From Oopsacas minuta (Eukaryota; Animalia; Porifera), in assembly GCA_024704765.1 (NCBI GenBank), contig JAKMXF010000177.1:1-64000 (forward strand): a stretch of DNA of 64,000 bases, written 5' to 3'. How positions within the stretch are numbered: position 1 is the stretch's first letter; every line of letters starts with the position of its first letter. Shown here piece after piece: positions 25,350-38,314 of the stretch. Made by a program: the position numbers and the translations under genes. Below the pieces are notes generated by a model that saw only the letters and a program-made list of their open reading frames with translations, ran no database searches and was not told the DNA's origin.

Positions 25350-26590
25350 TCTATGGAACTCCTTGAATATGAATCAATTTCAAATTTCAATACAACTGAT
25401 TGTTATCCATCAGGCTATACGAAAAATCAGAAGAGAGGTTTCAAAGAAGAGCTTCTGACTACCGAATATACAAAGGAAAACTGATTAAGCCATCTGGAAA
25501 AGAGCACTTAATTGTAATCAAAGAAACTGAATTGTATGATATTCTGAAGGAAATACATGATAACTCAGGGTACCAATGAGACAGCTATACGTATAATATT
25601 GGAAAAGATGGATATTATTGGCCAAGTATGTCGAAAGATATTACGTTATATGTTCAAATTTGTGCACGTTGTGCAAACAATCAACCATGCCTAAAAAACC
25701 TACAACTCCTCTACAACCTTTTCCAGTGATCACAAAAATTTGGTCCCGAGTGGGCATGGATCTAACAGGCCCACTGATATATTCAAATTGTTTTAAATAC
25801 ATTTGATCGGTAATTGACCATTTTACTAGATGGTTTGAAATGCGTCTTCATTGTTGTAAAGAGGCTCAAGAAGTTGCTGGTGGTTTATATTCTGTTTACT
25901 GCAAGCAGGGGGCACCAGTTCAGATAATCAGCGACAACGGTACCGAATTCACTAACCAGTTACATAAAACATTGCATCAAGTGTATAATTGTAAATAAAT
26001 CTTTTCGATACTTTACCAACCTCAGATCAACGGACTAGTTGAATCATCGCACAAAGCATTGAAACGCTCGCTCGTCAAAGCTTTGGACGAAAAAAGGGAA
26101 AATTGGTACTATTATTTAAAAGAAATTACATTCTCGCTCAACATAAGACCTCGCCATACCACTCACTTTTCCGCATTCGAACTAATGAATGGTTTGAGAA
26201 CACCTCGCCTTCCCATCCAGGCTGAAAACCTTGCACTATATCTTGACGTTGTGTCTTTAACTCTTGATGAGTGGGCTGCAGAAGATGATATCATAGAACA
26301 AGTCGATTCAATACACAAATTTCAACTACAAAACCAAGAAATTGCAGGAGATCATCCACACACTCCAAATCATTAATGAATGCACAAGCACGACAAAAAA
26401 TAAACCCAGTCACTTTCAAGAAAATCGAAAAGGGAGATGAAGTATTGATTGAAAATAATTGTCTCAAGAAGAAAGGTGGAAAATTGGAAGATAAGTGGAA
26501 TGGTCCATACCTCATTGATAAAGTTAACCCAACCAGTGTTCGAATAGTGAAAAACAAAAGAACACAACGTGTGAAGCATGCAATGTAAAA
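25350..26590 (+). pseudogene. Ginger/GIN-like DDE integrase (Gypsy-integrase-related DNA transposon), decayed
   Basis: CYPSGYTKNQKR, H..H/C..C Zn finger (EIH..YYWPSM..C..C), VGMDLTGP, IDHFTRWFE, IISDNGTEF, PQINGLVE and KLEDKWNGPY. Confidence 0.8.
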
Positions 26591-26669
26591 CTTTGGAAGA
26601 AAGTATTAACCGATGCTAACAAATGCATAATAAATTCGAATTCAGAAATAGAACTTAGTCCGAAATAAG

Positions 26670-27540
26670 ATGAAGAGGCAGAATTACATTCCCAGATATT
26701 CCCTTTCTTATCTCCGTCAGGCAAACTTAAACTCTGGACACCATATACGATCAATTCTTAATCAAACAATATCTTATTCGCAAACATCGCAAGATGCAAG
26801 TACTAGTGAAGATATGTGCGTTACTTGGAATGGTCATTTCAATGGAGTTAAATTGGTCAACACTTGCTCAGTCGACAATTTCTTAACACTCTTAAGCCTG
26901 TACCAAGACAATATACTGAAAGCATTTCATCTAGCAGGAGAAGCTCCAAGCGATAGTCTTAATTCTATCTTCACAATGATTGATGAGGGAAATTTCGACG
27001 AACTTAGAATGTGGGTAGCTTCTCAGGTAAGAATACCACTAATCAATATTGAATACAGCATGTTTGCTTCAGAAGGGAGCATCGTCAAACTTTTCAAAAC
27101 CTTGCAATTTGCTAGGATGCTTCCAGAATTGTATTTCAATGTCGCAGCTGGTGCTGTCAATTAGAGAAAACCTGAATTTGATTAACTCCAGACATTCAAA
27201 CATAGCTGTCAAACTTCTATTGATCACCACATTAGTTTGAGTTACAAGTGCTAAAATGCAAAGACTTGCATACAAACTTAGAGTTTCTGTCAAGGAAATT
27301 TTTGAAGGTAACCCTACTTCTCATTTTTGAGGTAGGACATATAAATGTCGAAATTACTCAAGACAGTTGTATTGAAGAGGAAATTAAAATTCAGCACAAA
27401 GAAGCAAAGCTACATTACACCCTCCTCGGTTAAACGATCCATCCTGGACTCCATTTGACAATGAAGGTAAATACAATGGCTCATGGTACAGATATGACGG
27501 AATGAGGAGGCCAAAGTTAAGGAGGTGCAATAATTTTGAG
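26670..27540 (+). pseudogene. Second ORF downstream of the Ginger-like integrase; possible USP/C19-like cysteine protease
   Basis: Cys-box-like LVNTCSVDNFL. Frameshifted His-box-like YTLLG*TIHPGLH..NGSWYRYDG. Confidence 0.45.
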
Positions 27541-27729
27541 AGTTTACAGGGCCGAAAAAATTGCATAATTTATGTCATAACAAGAATAGTAGATGAGTAG
27601 TTAAGAAGGATAGTTGTAGTTTGCATCCAATAGTTATCTCACAATCTGGGTATTTAGATCAAAAATGTAACAATATTACTTGTCTTTATCCAAGATTGTC
27701 GAGGCAATTGGGCAGCAGACAGCCGTATA

Positions 27730-30700
27730 CACAGTGGCCAATTCTTGCGAATTACTAGTATTAGGGTTTTACGCGTTCAATTTTAGAGATAGGCTTATAA
27801 AATACATTATTACTGTATAGTAAGTCGACTATTGCGGTTCTTTAGTTGATTTCAATTTTGTTGTATCACATCAGATTTTCAATATATGACGTAATCGTAA
27901 TTACCATATACAGTAATACAGACATCTAGATATCCACTAAACTGAGTTTTTATTAGAAGAAATAGAATATGAATATATAATGGCTATGGTAACTGAAGAA
28001 TAACTAACATACGAATATCTTATTGATGAATTAATATTAAATGCAAGAAGAGTTCATCTATGGAATTTTGAAGGAGAGAATCTTCATTATCAATATTATT
28101 TGTAACGTTTTCACCTTGCCTGTTTTTACACAATTCTTTTGATGGCCTACTTGACCACAGGTGGAACAAATGATGATCCTTCTGAATTTTTCATTCAGAA
28201 TTGGACAACCATAGATGTAGAGCCTCATTGCAACATCACTTAACCCACTTAGAAAATCTGATTTCCTGCTCAAATGTGTTGAAAACTCTCGGGTCAACTT
28301 ATGTCCTTGTTCTAACTCTTCTTCAGAAAGACTACACAATCCTACCCTGTCATTTCTCTCAATAAACTGATGGGCATGAGCCAAGAATTTGTGGAGTGTA
28401 TTACTGACACCCAGGGAAAGGTTTGTAAGATTAGCATGTAGGTTTCTTGACTTAACAGACGAAATCTGTCTACATCGACAACTTCATCACTATTAGCAAC
28501 TCTGAGTAATGCAGATAGATTCCTATGAATCTCTGTCAGAGCATCTCTATACACATTTGGTACAAACGATAAAGCGATCCTAAAACACGGTTTTTATATA
28601 TGAAAAAAATGTTCTTGCCATGTTACCAGTGCTTGTGTTCCCACTTCCTCCTGGTTGGTCGAATAATAAGTTCATAAGCTCATGGATACGCTTGCATACT
28701 AAACCTCGATAATCTCGCACCATTTGATCTTCAGTCCACTTGGACTTTCCTGCTGCAATTCGGTAGATGAGGTTCAAAAACTAATCTAAAATCCTTAGTA
28801 AGAATGTAAAGGTGCTGCAGGAAATACATCAATGCCACTTGCAGGTTCGTGTGTAATCCCACACCGCTGCTTTGTATTGTAGCTCATCAGCTCTTTTCCA
28901 TCAGAGGTTAATTGACGGATTGTCTCTTTGATATCCTCTATCGAACAATCTAATGGAAACCCGCAAACCACTTTCGTAATGCTATTGATATCACTTAGGG
29001 TTGCTTTGTAGGCAATACATGACGCTCCTCCTTTACCTGTCATTGTTGCTAAGGTTTTTCCGTCAAACATTGAAGCTTTGACTTCTACTTTAACATGGCC
29101 ATTTAGGTGATCAAAACCATTCTCATTTAGTGAAACAATTTCAGGGTTTAGTAACTTGCTCAATTCTATCACAGTGTCAATAGTCTCCTTTTGGCAAGTA
29201 AGTGCTACTGGTTGGTTGGAAAAACAGGAGTTAGGATGCCTATTTTCCCACAGAACATTCCCGAATCGATCTATTACCTGAAGGGGTGAAACCATAAAGA
29301 CAATATAATTTGATCGGTCTATATTCAAGTCTGACAATAACCCAGGAGAGGAATGAGATCCAGAACCATCCAATCCATGCTTGATTTTGAGTGTTAATGA
29401 ATAGAAGTGTGGTGCAGGAAAATTTAGCAAACATTCTTTTAACAACCGGTCAAAGAGAGAAATTACATGTGATGAGTAAGATATATAGACCCCTATAGGA
29501 TTGGAAACATTTGGATACCAGTCGAATGTTGGAACAATTGATTTTCTAATTTCACTAATTTTTCCCAAGTTGCCAAAACGAGGCCTTCTGATTGGAGATA
29601 ATATTTAAGATCTCTCCATTTTCCTTTTCCCAGCTTAAGTTGATATGCTAAGAATGTTGATTTTTCTGGTGAAACCATGTTACTGAGGGTTGGTATCGAT
29701 TCTTCGTTATAGATTTTCCAAGCGATATTTGCGATGCCTTTAAAACCAATTTGTTCTACAGCTACAATATACAGGAGGAGAGCAACGTAGCGAATGACAG
29801 AAATATTTCCAAGTTGTGCTAACTGACGGATGGAATTAAGTATCCCAGTCTGATCAAGCCTTATCTTCTTTGAACGAACTTGAATGTCATCAATTGATTT
29901 TCTCCTCTCTACATTTGGAACCAATATAGCACCGCTTTCTACATCACAGCCTGAAACAGAAAGGGATGATTGGGTACTCTTAGGTTTAACAAGGATCCAT
30001 GGAATACTTGCACTCCACCACTCACCATCTAAGCTCTCAATAGATTTCTTACTCTTTCTGAAATTATATGATATACTTTAGACATTAGAGAGTATACAGA
30101 ATGTCTCTTGTCTTCTTCGAGATTTAGTATACGCACCACTTCATCTGTTGCTTGATTGATATAATAGTCGTGAACCTTTAATATGATAGCCAAGTCAAGA
30201 CGTGTTTTCGGGCTTTCAGATACTATTGTTGCTTCAGCCATCTTTATATTGATAATTAGAGGTTTAATAGGTTATCAAATTAATGAACTTGTATACTACC
30301 TCGTAATATGCAGTATATATAAATAATTATTACGTTATATTGGTGTAAAATTACCATGTAATTACATTACATTGTACCATAGTAACGTAGAAGTGAGAAT
30401 GGAATTTGACAATATTTAATATGTTGCGCAATGAAGCGGCATTTGTACTTTAAATATAATGTTTATATTACTTGACAAGAATACATACTAAAAATTCAGG
30501 GTGGAAACTAGTGGAAACAAATTTTGCTGCCAACAGGATGGCTTATGGCCGAGAGAAATTTCTACAAAATTTTCACAGTATTGTATACGTAATATCTGAT
30601 TAATCTTTTCGCTCCTGAAGAAATTCAACGATAGATTCAAATTCAGCGCAGTCACTTTGCTTGGAAAGCATGTAAATGAACAATAGTATGCATCATAAAT

Positions 30701-30920
30701 TCAACAGATTACTGAAATAGCTTCAGGCATTCATATAATGGATGTATAAACATAGAATACAGCAATGAAGTCCTACATTTGATTGACCACAAAAATAGAA
30801 ATACTTAACTGTTTCATCTGATACTTTACATATCGCTTGTTGAATATATCTAGAGTCTAATTCAAAATTCAAAATGGTATAAATTGAAGGTAAGAATTTG
30901 GGCCTAATGTACCCTAGTAG
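27730..30920 (-). mobile_element. RAG1-like transposon B; decayed ORF about 30241-28058, 5' terminus truncated at the junction with C
   Basis: 3' terminus CACAGTGGCC at 27730. Motifs KHGLDGSGSH, SMFDGK, APLHSY, NTSTGNMARTFF, SEEELEQGHK..LSRK and CSTCGQVGHQKNC. Confidence 0.88.
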
Positions 30921-33916
30921 CACAGTGGCACGGCATGTGGGAATAGGTGAAAAAAATATAACCTCAAATTGCTTTATAGTGTTGATACTTGAATTCAGCA
31001 CCCCCACAAACCTCGGAAAACATTTGACATCTCTACAATAGACTTTCCATTTAGCTCCTACGTCTATTCCAATGAGAGCATAATTGAAATTCGAAAGATT
31101 GATTTATGGTTTCAATTTTCGGTCATGATGTAATTTTGAATAATATGGATTCTCCACGTCAAATAACTGCTATTTATAGTATACCAATCGAAAGCTCTTA
31201 TGTTGCTGAATAATAAATCACGTTAATCTTGGCTCCAATGAACAGATGAAATTTACTATCCTCATTTTAAACAAGCTTGTTCGTACAAGTGCAATAAATA
31301 GAAACACGTTTCATTAAAACTCTAGTACTTTTTGCCTTCACTTGCGGAACTTTCCATTGCACTTTCCTAATAGCTCTTTTCGTCCTCTACAAAATACACT
31401 TTAAATTATGGTGTCAGGAAGTGTCAACGATATTTTTTTTGCGATTTTAAATATAATCCATTCACAATTATCTAATTTTTGGCCCATATAAATCATAAAT
31501 AATTGTTGTGGTTGTTTATTAGCACATTTTTCATTATGAATAACGAAGATGCATACACGTTCTTAACTGCACAAAAGAATAAAACAATCACTTCTCTTGC
31601 GTCCTCGTTTATTGTCCTCAATAATTTGGAAGAAACAGAGCATGATACAGTTCGGAGAAAATTTTCGACCCTCAGAGAAGATAGGAGAGAATACCTGAAA
31701 CGAGCCGATATAACTACTTGGAATGCGATACCTTTTCATACACCACTTAAACACCCGAGATTGAGTACAGGTTATCAATGCTCAGATGAAGTCATGGTGA
31801 TAGGGAGTGTTTCTTCTAGCCAATCAACCTCTGTTTTCGAAGAAGATTTTAGTAAGCCCACCCGTAAGCCTCTAAGGGAATTATCAACTAAAGGTCTTCG
31901 CAGCCGATTGTCCTCCTTACTAACACATCTTGAAAAGGTTGCTGTACAAGAGAATGTTTCCAGTAAAGAACTATCCTGTTACCTGATGATGCTATGTTCA
32001 CATACTGAATACGACTTTACTACTACCAAGTTCTGTAAAGAAATTATTGCTAAGGGAAGCTTCGGTCCAGTCTGCAATAAATTAACCTGCGATAAAGCTG
32101 CGTTCTTGATGGATTCTTTAGAAATTGGAAAGAAGAAATACATCGATTTAAGACGATTATTGCTTTCAGATGTCCAGCTTCCAGGTTACAATCGATTAGC
32201 TACCTATCGATCTCAAATTTGCTTGACTAATGACATCTTTTCAGTTGATCGAGAACATCGGGTAGGCATTGCTGTATCTTACAAAAAGCTTCTGACTCAT
32301 ACAGTAAACAGAATATTGACTGCTTCTGCCAATGAAATTCCCAGCGCCAGCAATCCTAAAAGGATACGAATTTCAGATGGACTTGACGGTTCTGGCTGTC
32401 ACCAGGTTTATCAGCAAGCGACTCACCCCAATATATCAACAAAAAGTTTTATTTTATTCGGGTTTAAGGTGATTTCCATATCCGACACCGATAACAAACT
32501 GATTTGGAAAAACCCTCTACCAAATTCTCCTTTCTCAATTAGACCCGTTGCGATACTAGCTCTACAGGAGAACGAAGACAATATTCGATATCTTATGGAT
32601 ACACTAATCAATAAGGAGTCCACAGAGATAACGGAAAAGGGTTTAGAACTAACAAGCGGATTTTGTGAAGTTGAAATTCAACGTTTACAATTGGATGGCA
32701 AAATGGCTAAGATTATTAGTGGAGCTGGGGGTGCATGTTGCCAGTTCTGCACAGCGACATTCAAACAAATCCATGATCCGGATATCGTAAAAGACGGTTT
32801 TCCAATTAATCGATCCATCACAGACCTGAAAGTATTATTTGATAAAGTTAACGAAGAGGAGTTTCTATCACTATCTTCTGACAACAGATTCAACGTTACA
32901 CACAGACCAATATCTGACTTAGAAATCATACCCAGTTCGCCTTTGCATGCATATCTCCGATGTTTTGGCTGGTTTTACATCTAATTAGCCATTTGCACGC
33001 AGGAGTATTTAAGTGGTCACCAACTTCTAAGAGAGTCTCAGATGCTAAAACTTTCGTTACAAGTTTAATTAAAGACAATCTCAATATTATTATTGACATC
33101 CCTTCAACACAAGGTAGCACAACGACTACTGGTAATGTGGTAAGACGATGCTTGATAAGAAAGGATGACAACGATCAAGATTTCCTCTACTGGGTTTTGA
33201 CAGTGATCCCGTCTGAGTTCAAGTCCCACATAATTGAAATTCACACATGCCTAGGAGCAATCCTACGCGTCTATAATAGCAGCAGAAGAGTGGATACAGA
33301 AGAACTAGCGCTTGTTTGCAGTAATATCTACCAGTCAATTCTCTGTGCATTTCCTTGGGCTAATGTTTCCCCGACGTTACACAAACTGTTAGCACATGCA
33401 CCGGAAATCATCTCAACGTTTAATGATGGACATGGGCTAGAGAAGTTATCTGAAGAAGGACTAGAGGCTTCTAACAAATATATTCGGAGATACAGAGATC
33501 GTCTTGCTCGCAAGTTTTCATTTGAAGAAAATTTAAAGGATGTATTTGTTCGATTGGTTTCTCACAGTGATCCCATGCTGTTAATGAATCGCAAGTTTTC
33601 TATTCCAAGGCCTCCATCTAGCCAAGGACTTAGAAGTAGCCAAGATATTTTAGTGAACACCCTTATTCGTGATCATGAAGATCATAATGATGATTAAAAG
33701 TAAACCTCTCAATCGATTAATAGAAAATTTGGGGAATTTTCACACCTCAGATAGGTGACAATGACGTCATAACTTTGTCACCTGAAGGGATAGAGAAAAA
33801 ATGAGTATCCCATTCGATTCGTTGGGCTCGAAAACCTATATGACAATAATATATTTGAGGACCTATGTGCCATCAAAATGCCTATTTCCACATTCTGACC
33901 ATTTCGTGCCATTGTG
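30921..33916 (+). mobile_element. RAG1-like transposon C with both TIRs but no matching TSD
   Basis: CACAGTGGCACG at 30921 and CACAATGGCACG (reverse complement) at 33916. Flanks AGTAG and TATTT differ. Confidence 0.92.
31536..33697 (+). pseudogene. RAG1-like transposase C (about 720 aa), broken only by one 1-nt frameshift in a T-run near 32975
   Basis: RKPLRELSTKGLRSRL (NBD-like), DGLDGSG, LQLDGK..CCQFC, SPLHAYLRCFGW|LHLISHL, TTTGNVVRR, LHKLLAH and SEEGLEASNKYIRRYRDRLARK. Confidence 0.9.
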
Positions 33917-35439
33917 TATTTGAATATGCATACGATAATATACCTGAATGTATTAATAGGTGAATAAAAGATATTGCAAAATATTTACAAATCAGTTTAA
34001 AAATTCGAAAATGATTTTCATAAGGTATCTCATTGTGGTACCAAATTTCAAATGCTGTACTACATCTGAGACTTGTGGTACAAATATGAAAATGCAAATA
34101 TGCCAACAAAGTTTGCTTTAAACAGTTCAAAAATGATATATTGGGATACTACAGACCTGTGGAATCATAATATGCTATAAGAACTGTCCCCTCTAACATG
34201 AACTCATGCAATCTGCAATTGAACATGTCATTATATCATTATATATATAATGAGAAAATACTCGCCAATTTAGTCAGGGCATGTTAAGTAAAATAGTCAA
34301 ATAATTCTTTCAGGTATATTATTGTATACATCCTCGAAATTCGGCATATGAACAGGATTTGCGGTTGCATAGTGGTGCCTAAGTCCTTGTCTTCAGTTAG
34401 TACATATATTGTTTGTATTTCATGAATCCATTGAAGAAACTGGAACGCCCCCAGGGATGATTTTGACATGCAAAGGTATTTTGAGTCTTGGACGAAAAAT
34501 CACATATTACAAAATTATGACGTCATTTTCACCTTCTTGCAATTTTGAAAAGTCATCTCAATGACTACTGCGCAACCAATATACGTGATAAAGTACACCC
34601 TCGATTATCCGGACACCTTGATCATACACTTTTGATTGTGATGTTAGGAGAATTTGAAATAACATATTTTTTCCTATATGAAATTCAGAACTCAGGCATA
34701 GGTGAAATTATGAACTTTTTATTCGTAAATTAGACTGAAAATCATTACAATTTGGATCTAAATGGTCACACGTTCGGAGAACTAATTAATGAAGTAGAAT
34801 AAACCATTTTTTGAGATGAAAATCGAACAATTTTCACAAACTAAATGTCCTATTCTGCTGTTCGGAAAACCTAGGTCTTAGATAATTGAGGATCTACTGT
34901 ATCAGTTTGAAATTTGAAACACCAGGTACCCATCAATATGCCAAATGTCCGGACGTCATGATTTTAGTCTAATACTAACTAATGATGGGGTTATTACGCA
35001 ATCATAGATTTACAAAAATTATGTTTCAAGACCTTCAGGAAGTGCACAGATTTCTAATCCAAAGCTGCGTCGCAGCTCCAGTATTACGAAAGAAGGCCAT
35101 TGACTGGATTTTTGATCGACGATGGATAGAAGGTTAGAAATACGCAGAATCTTACTCAATTTGGGAGACAATACTAATTGATGCAAGACAGTATTGTCAA
35201 TGATAAAATATAAATATAGATTCGGACCACTACGTAATTTATCAGATGAAGTACTATAGCATGGGGTTATACTGTCTGATAGCTCGAACTCTGAGGAGAA
35301 GAATAAAAGATTCAGGGTTTGACTGACTACAGAGAAAACATTGGTCACAAATGTAAGTTCATAATGCGTATATAATACTCGAATCCTCAGGCAATTTTAG
35401 AATATATTTTATCTACTAGCGATAATAAATAACCTGAAA

Positions 35440-35700
35440 TCGACATTACAAAAAGACAATGCGCCAGGGCACAATTAGCATGTACGAGAAACTGCATTCC
35501 TCAAAAGGATATTCCTCTACTATTTTGGCCGCCCCAAAGTTCAAATTTAACTATAATCCTTAACGAAATTAAAGATGTAATAAAAGAAAAATGGGGCAAA
35601 ATTAACTCAGAGGACCAGCAAGGTTTAATCATAATTTTTGCCGAAGAGAATGGAAGCTTTGGCCAATACGAATGGTGAAATCACAAATTATGAAAGTGAG
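35440..35700 (+). pseudogene. Tc1 transposase C-terminal remnant
   Basis: QKDNAPGH, WPPQSSNL and PKRMEALANTNGEITNY. Confidence 0.55.
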
Positions 35701-35964
35701 ATATCACTAAAATAGATATTAACAAACTTACATACGTTCTAAAAATGATCACGGAACTTCGGTTTGTAAATGATTTTGCAAAAATTTATTTGGACTTAAA
35801 TTTTATACTATATTACACATGTTGGCAACTTCTTATCGTTGGTACAATTTAAGAAAAATGTCCATCTAGATCTAATCGTATTGTTTCTATACATATCGCT
35901 AAACCAAAAGAAATATTTGCATTTAGAAGAATGCTGTTCGCTTTACCACGACTATAATTTGTAG

Positions 35965-36495
35965 CAGTGGTTCTTAATCATATTTGAACCATTTCTCCCT
36001 TCGGGATACCGAATCAATAATTTTCCCCTTGTATCCACAATAATGAACTAGGTATGAAATTTTACATTTTTGCGAACACAATATAGTAATCATAATTCCT
36101 ACATACGATATACAATCTACGCAAAGAAAATGTATGTAAGTGCAATACTCAATCGCTATGAATATATTAGTTCATTAGTGTGATACTTAACACTGTGTTT
36201 TCCAGACCAGCTAGTCGAAGGGAGTAGGAGATAGCGCAGAAGGTAGATCGTCGTCACACTTAACTTGTTACTAGTTTTGTCTTAGAAGGAAAATAGTGCA
36301 GAAAATCCACACTCGCACAGGTAAGTTGAAGAGAATAGTACAAAAATTTCAAAGCATATCCACTGGTTCTGGGATAAACAAGTGTCATTTGCACCCAAAA
36401 AGCATGCAACTCTGTCTCTTTGAAAATGTCTTTTGCCAACGAGTCATTTGGGCACCAACAACTGTTCATAAACTTCAATAGGAATGTCATTTATA
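35965..36495 (-). mobile_element. 3' remnant of a Charlie-type hAT
   Basis: TIR CAGTGGTTCTTAA at 35965. C-terminal fragment AFWVQMTLVYP..ALKF. Confidence 0.6.
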
Positions 36496-37620
36496 CTAGG
36501 GCGTTCAATAAGTCTTGCAGGTGTTATCATAAAAATATGATACAAGCACTATATAAACTAATTCACTATATTATTTATTCAAAGTAATCCCCTCCTGCAG
36601 ATACACAAAGTTTTAACCTTTCCACCCACTTGTAAAACACATTTCTGTACTCTTCTTCGGGGATGGATTTGAAGTACTGGTACAGGCCAGTTCTGAGTGC
36701 CTGTAATGTGTTAAAATCTTTGCCTTGAAGGTAGATTTTAAGCTTGGGAAATAGCCAAATATCACACGGAGCTAGGTCTGGTGAGTATGGTGGATGGGGA
36801 AGTAATTCCAACCCTTCTACATCCAAGAAATCTTTGCTAAGTTTAGCTGAATGGGAACTGGCGTTATCAATTAAAATCTTCATTCCTCGAATTCCGGTTT
36901 TCGGGCGGTACTTTTCTATATTTTTTATCAAATTTGGAAGCACTTGCTCTGTAAAGAAAGTAGCAGTAACAGCCTTGCAACTCTCACAAGGTAATTGCAA
37001 GACAACTCCATGACTACTGAAGAAGATGGTACACATAATCTTAGATTTTCTGAAGTCGGGCCTAGGAATTTCCGCTGGTTGTTCGTCGCTCCTCAAACAT
37101 GTTCGCTTCTCATACTTGCTATATGGTTTTGAATAGTACACCCACGTCTCGTCACCAGTAATAATCTCTGTTAGGCGTAGAGAATCGCAGTTCTCATAAG
37201 TTTCAAAGAGTTTCTTGGCAATATTCAGTCGTGCCAACCTTTGATTCTCACTGAGCTTATGCGGGACCCATTTCCCACAAATCGATTGGTAGCCAAGCTC
37301 AGTCGTCAGAATTGTATGAATAGCTCCCGATAAAATCTCCATGCTTTGTTCAAACTGATTGACAGTAATGCACTTGTCTTCCATGACCATACTTTCAATG
37401 AGTGCGATATTCTCTGAAGTGGTGGCGGATACGGTCTTCCAGATCTTGGCTAATCTGTGACATCAGCATCACCAGACCTACACGGACAGTCCATCGCTCT
37501 ACAGTAGATCTGGAAGGAAATCCACGTACAATATCTCTTGTGACTCGCTGGAGATCTGTACGGCCTGGATCTTGAGTATTGTGCTAAACTCTATGTAAGC
37601 TCGCCATTTGAGCACGTTGG
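36496..37620 (-). mobile_element. Mariner (DD34D) element, 5' end disrupted
   Basis: ORF 36575-37390 with ITGDETW, IDNASSH and HPPYSPDLAPCDIWLF. TA|CTAGGGCGTTCAATAAG terminus at 36496. Confidence 0.9.
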
Positions 37621-37729
37621 ATGGCAAAAGCTATCTAAGCGTGGAAAATAGAGCTACTCTTTCGGGGAAACGAGGAAGCACTGCATCTCGCCGGAAAGCA
37701 ATTACAAGGTCTTCAACGATTCAACCGAT

Positions 37730-38290
37730 TTGTTATCCTTGTATACATCCAGTCGTGGTACTCGTGCAACCTCGCTGTTGATGCTGCATTCAACGATAGA
37801 GCGCTAATTCATCGTTTACAGGAATACAACGACGTGGAACTGAGTCGTGTCGGTTTGCGGATGATGGTCATACACTCTTGGCACCTTTCTCCGGAGTTGG
37901 CTCCGCTAGCGCTATTCTCAAACCATGTGCATGACGAGATCAAAGTTCAGCTTGTTGCAGGTATGCAGCAAGATCAAAGCAGACATCTGTTAACTAAGCT
38001 ACCGGGCTCTCTTAATGAACTTGATGCATCGCTGTCATTTTTTGAGATATCAAGATTAGACTCATCATTCCTAAAAATCTCTCAATACTTGGAGCTCCGA
38101 TCTAAGCTACATAGTGGGTTAACGATTTGCTAGGCATTTGGCCTATGTAAACAATGTTGCTGAACGTGGGATCCAGCTGATTGAACAGTTCAACAGAAGT
38201 TCAAAAGACGAGGTCCAAAAGCAATGCCTACTACAAGTGGTAGAGCAGCATGGAAACACTTCAGGACTACTCCAACTATGTCTGAGCTAA
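37730..38290 (+). pseudogene. C-terminal remnant of a hAT-related (hATm-like) transposase
   Basis: HSWHLSPELAPLALF and VNNVAERGIQLIEQF..DEVQKQCLLQVVEQH. Subfamily name is from recall. Confidence 0.5.
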
Positions 38291-38314
38291 ATTTCATTTA
38301 ATCTATCAATAATA

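Noticed and set aside
27730-33916. B + C as one composite transposon moved by their outer ends
   Set aside because: The outer flanks GTATA and TATTT are not a target-site duplication.
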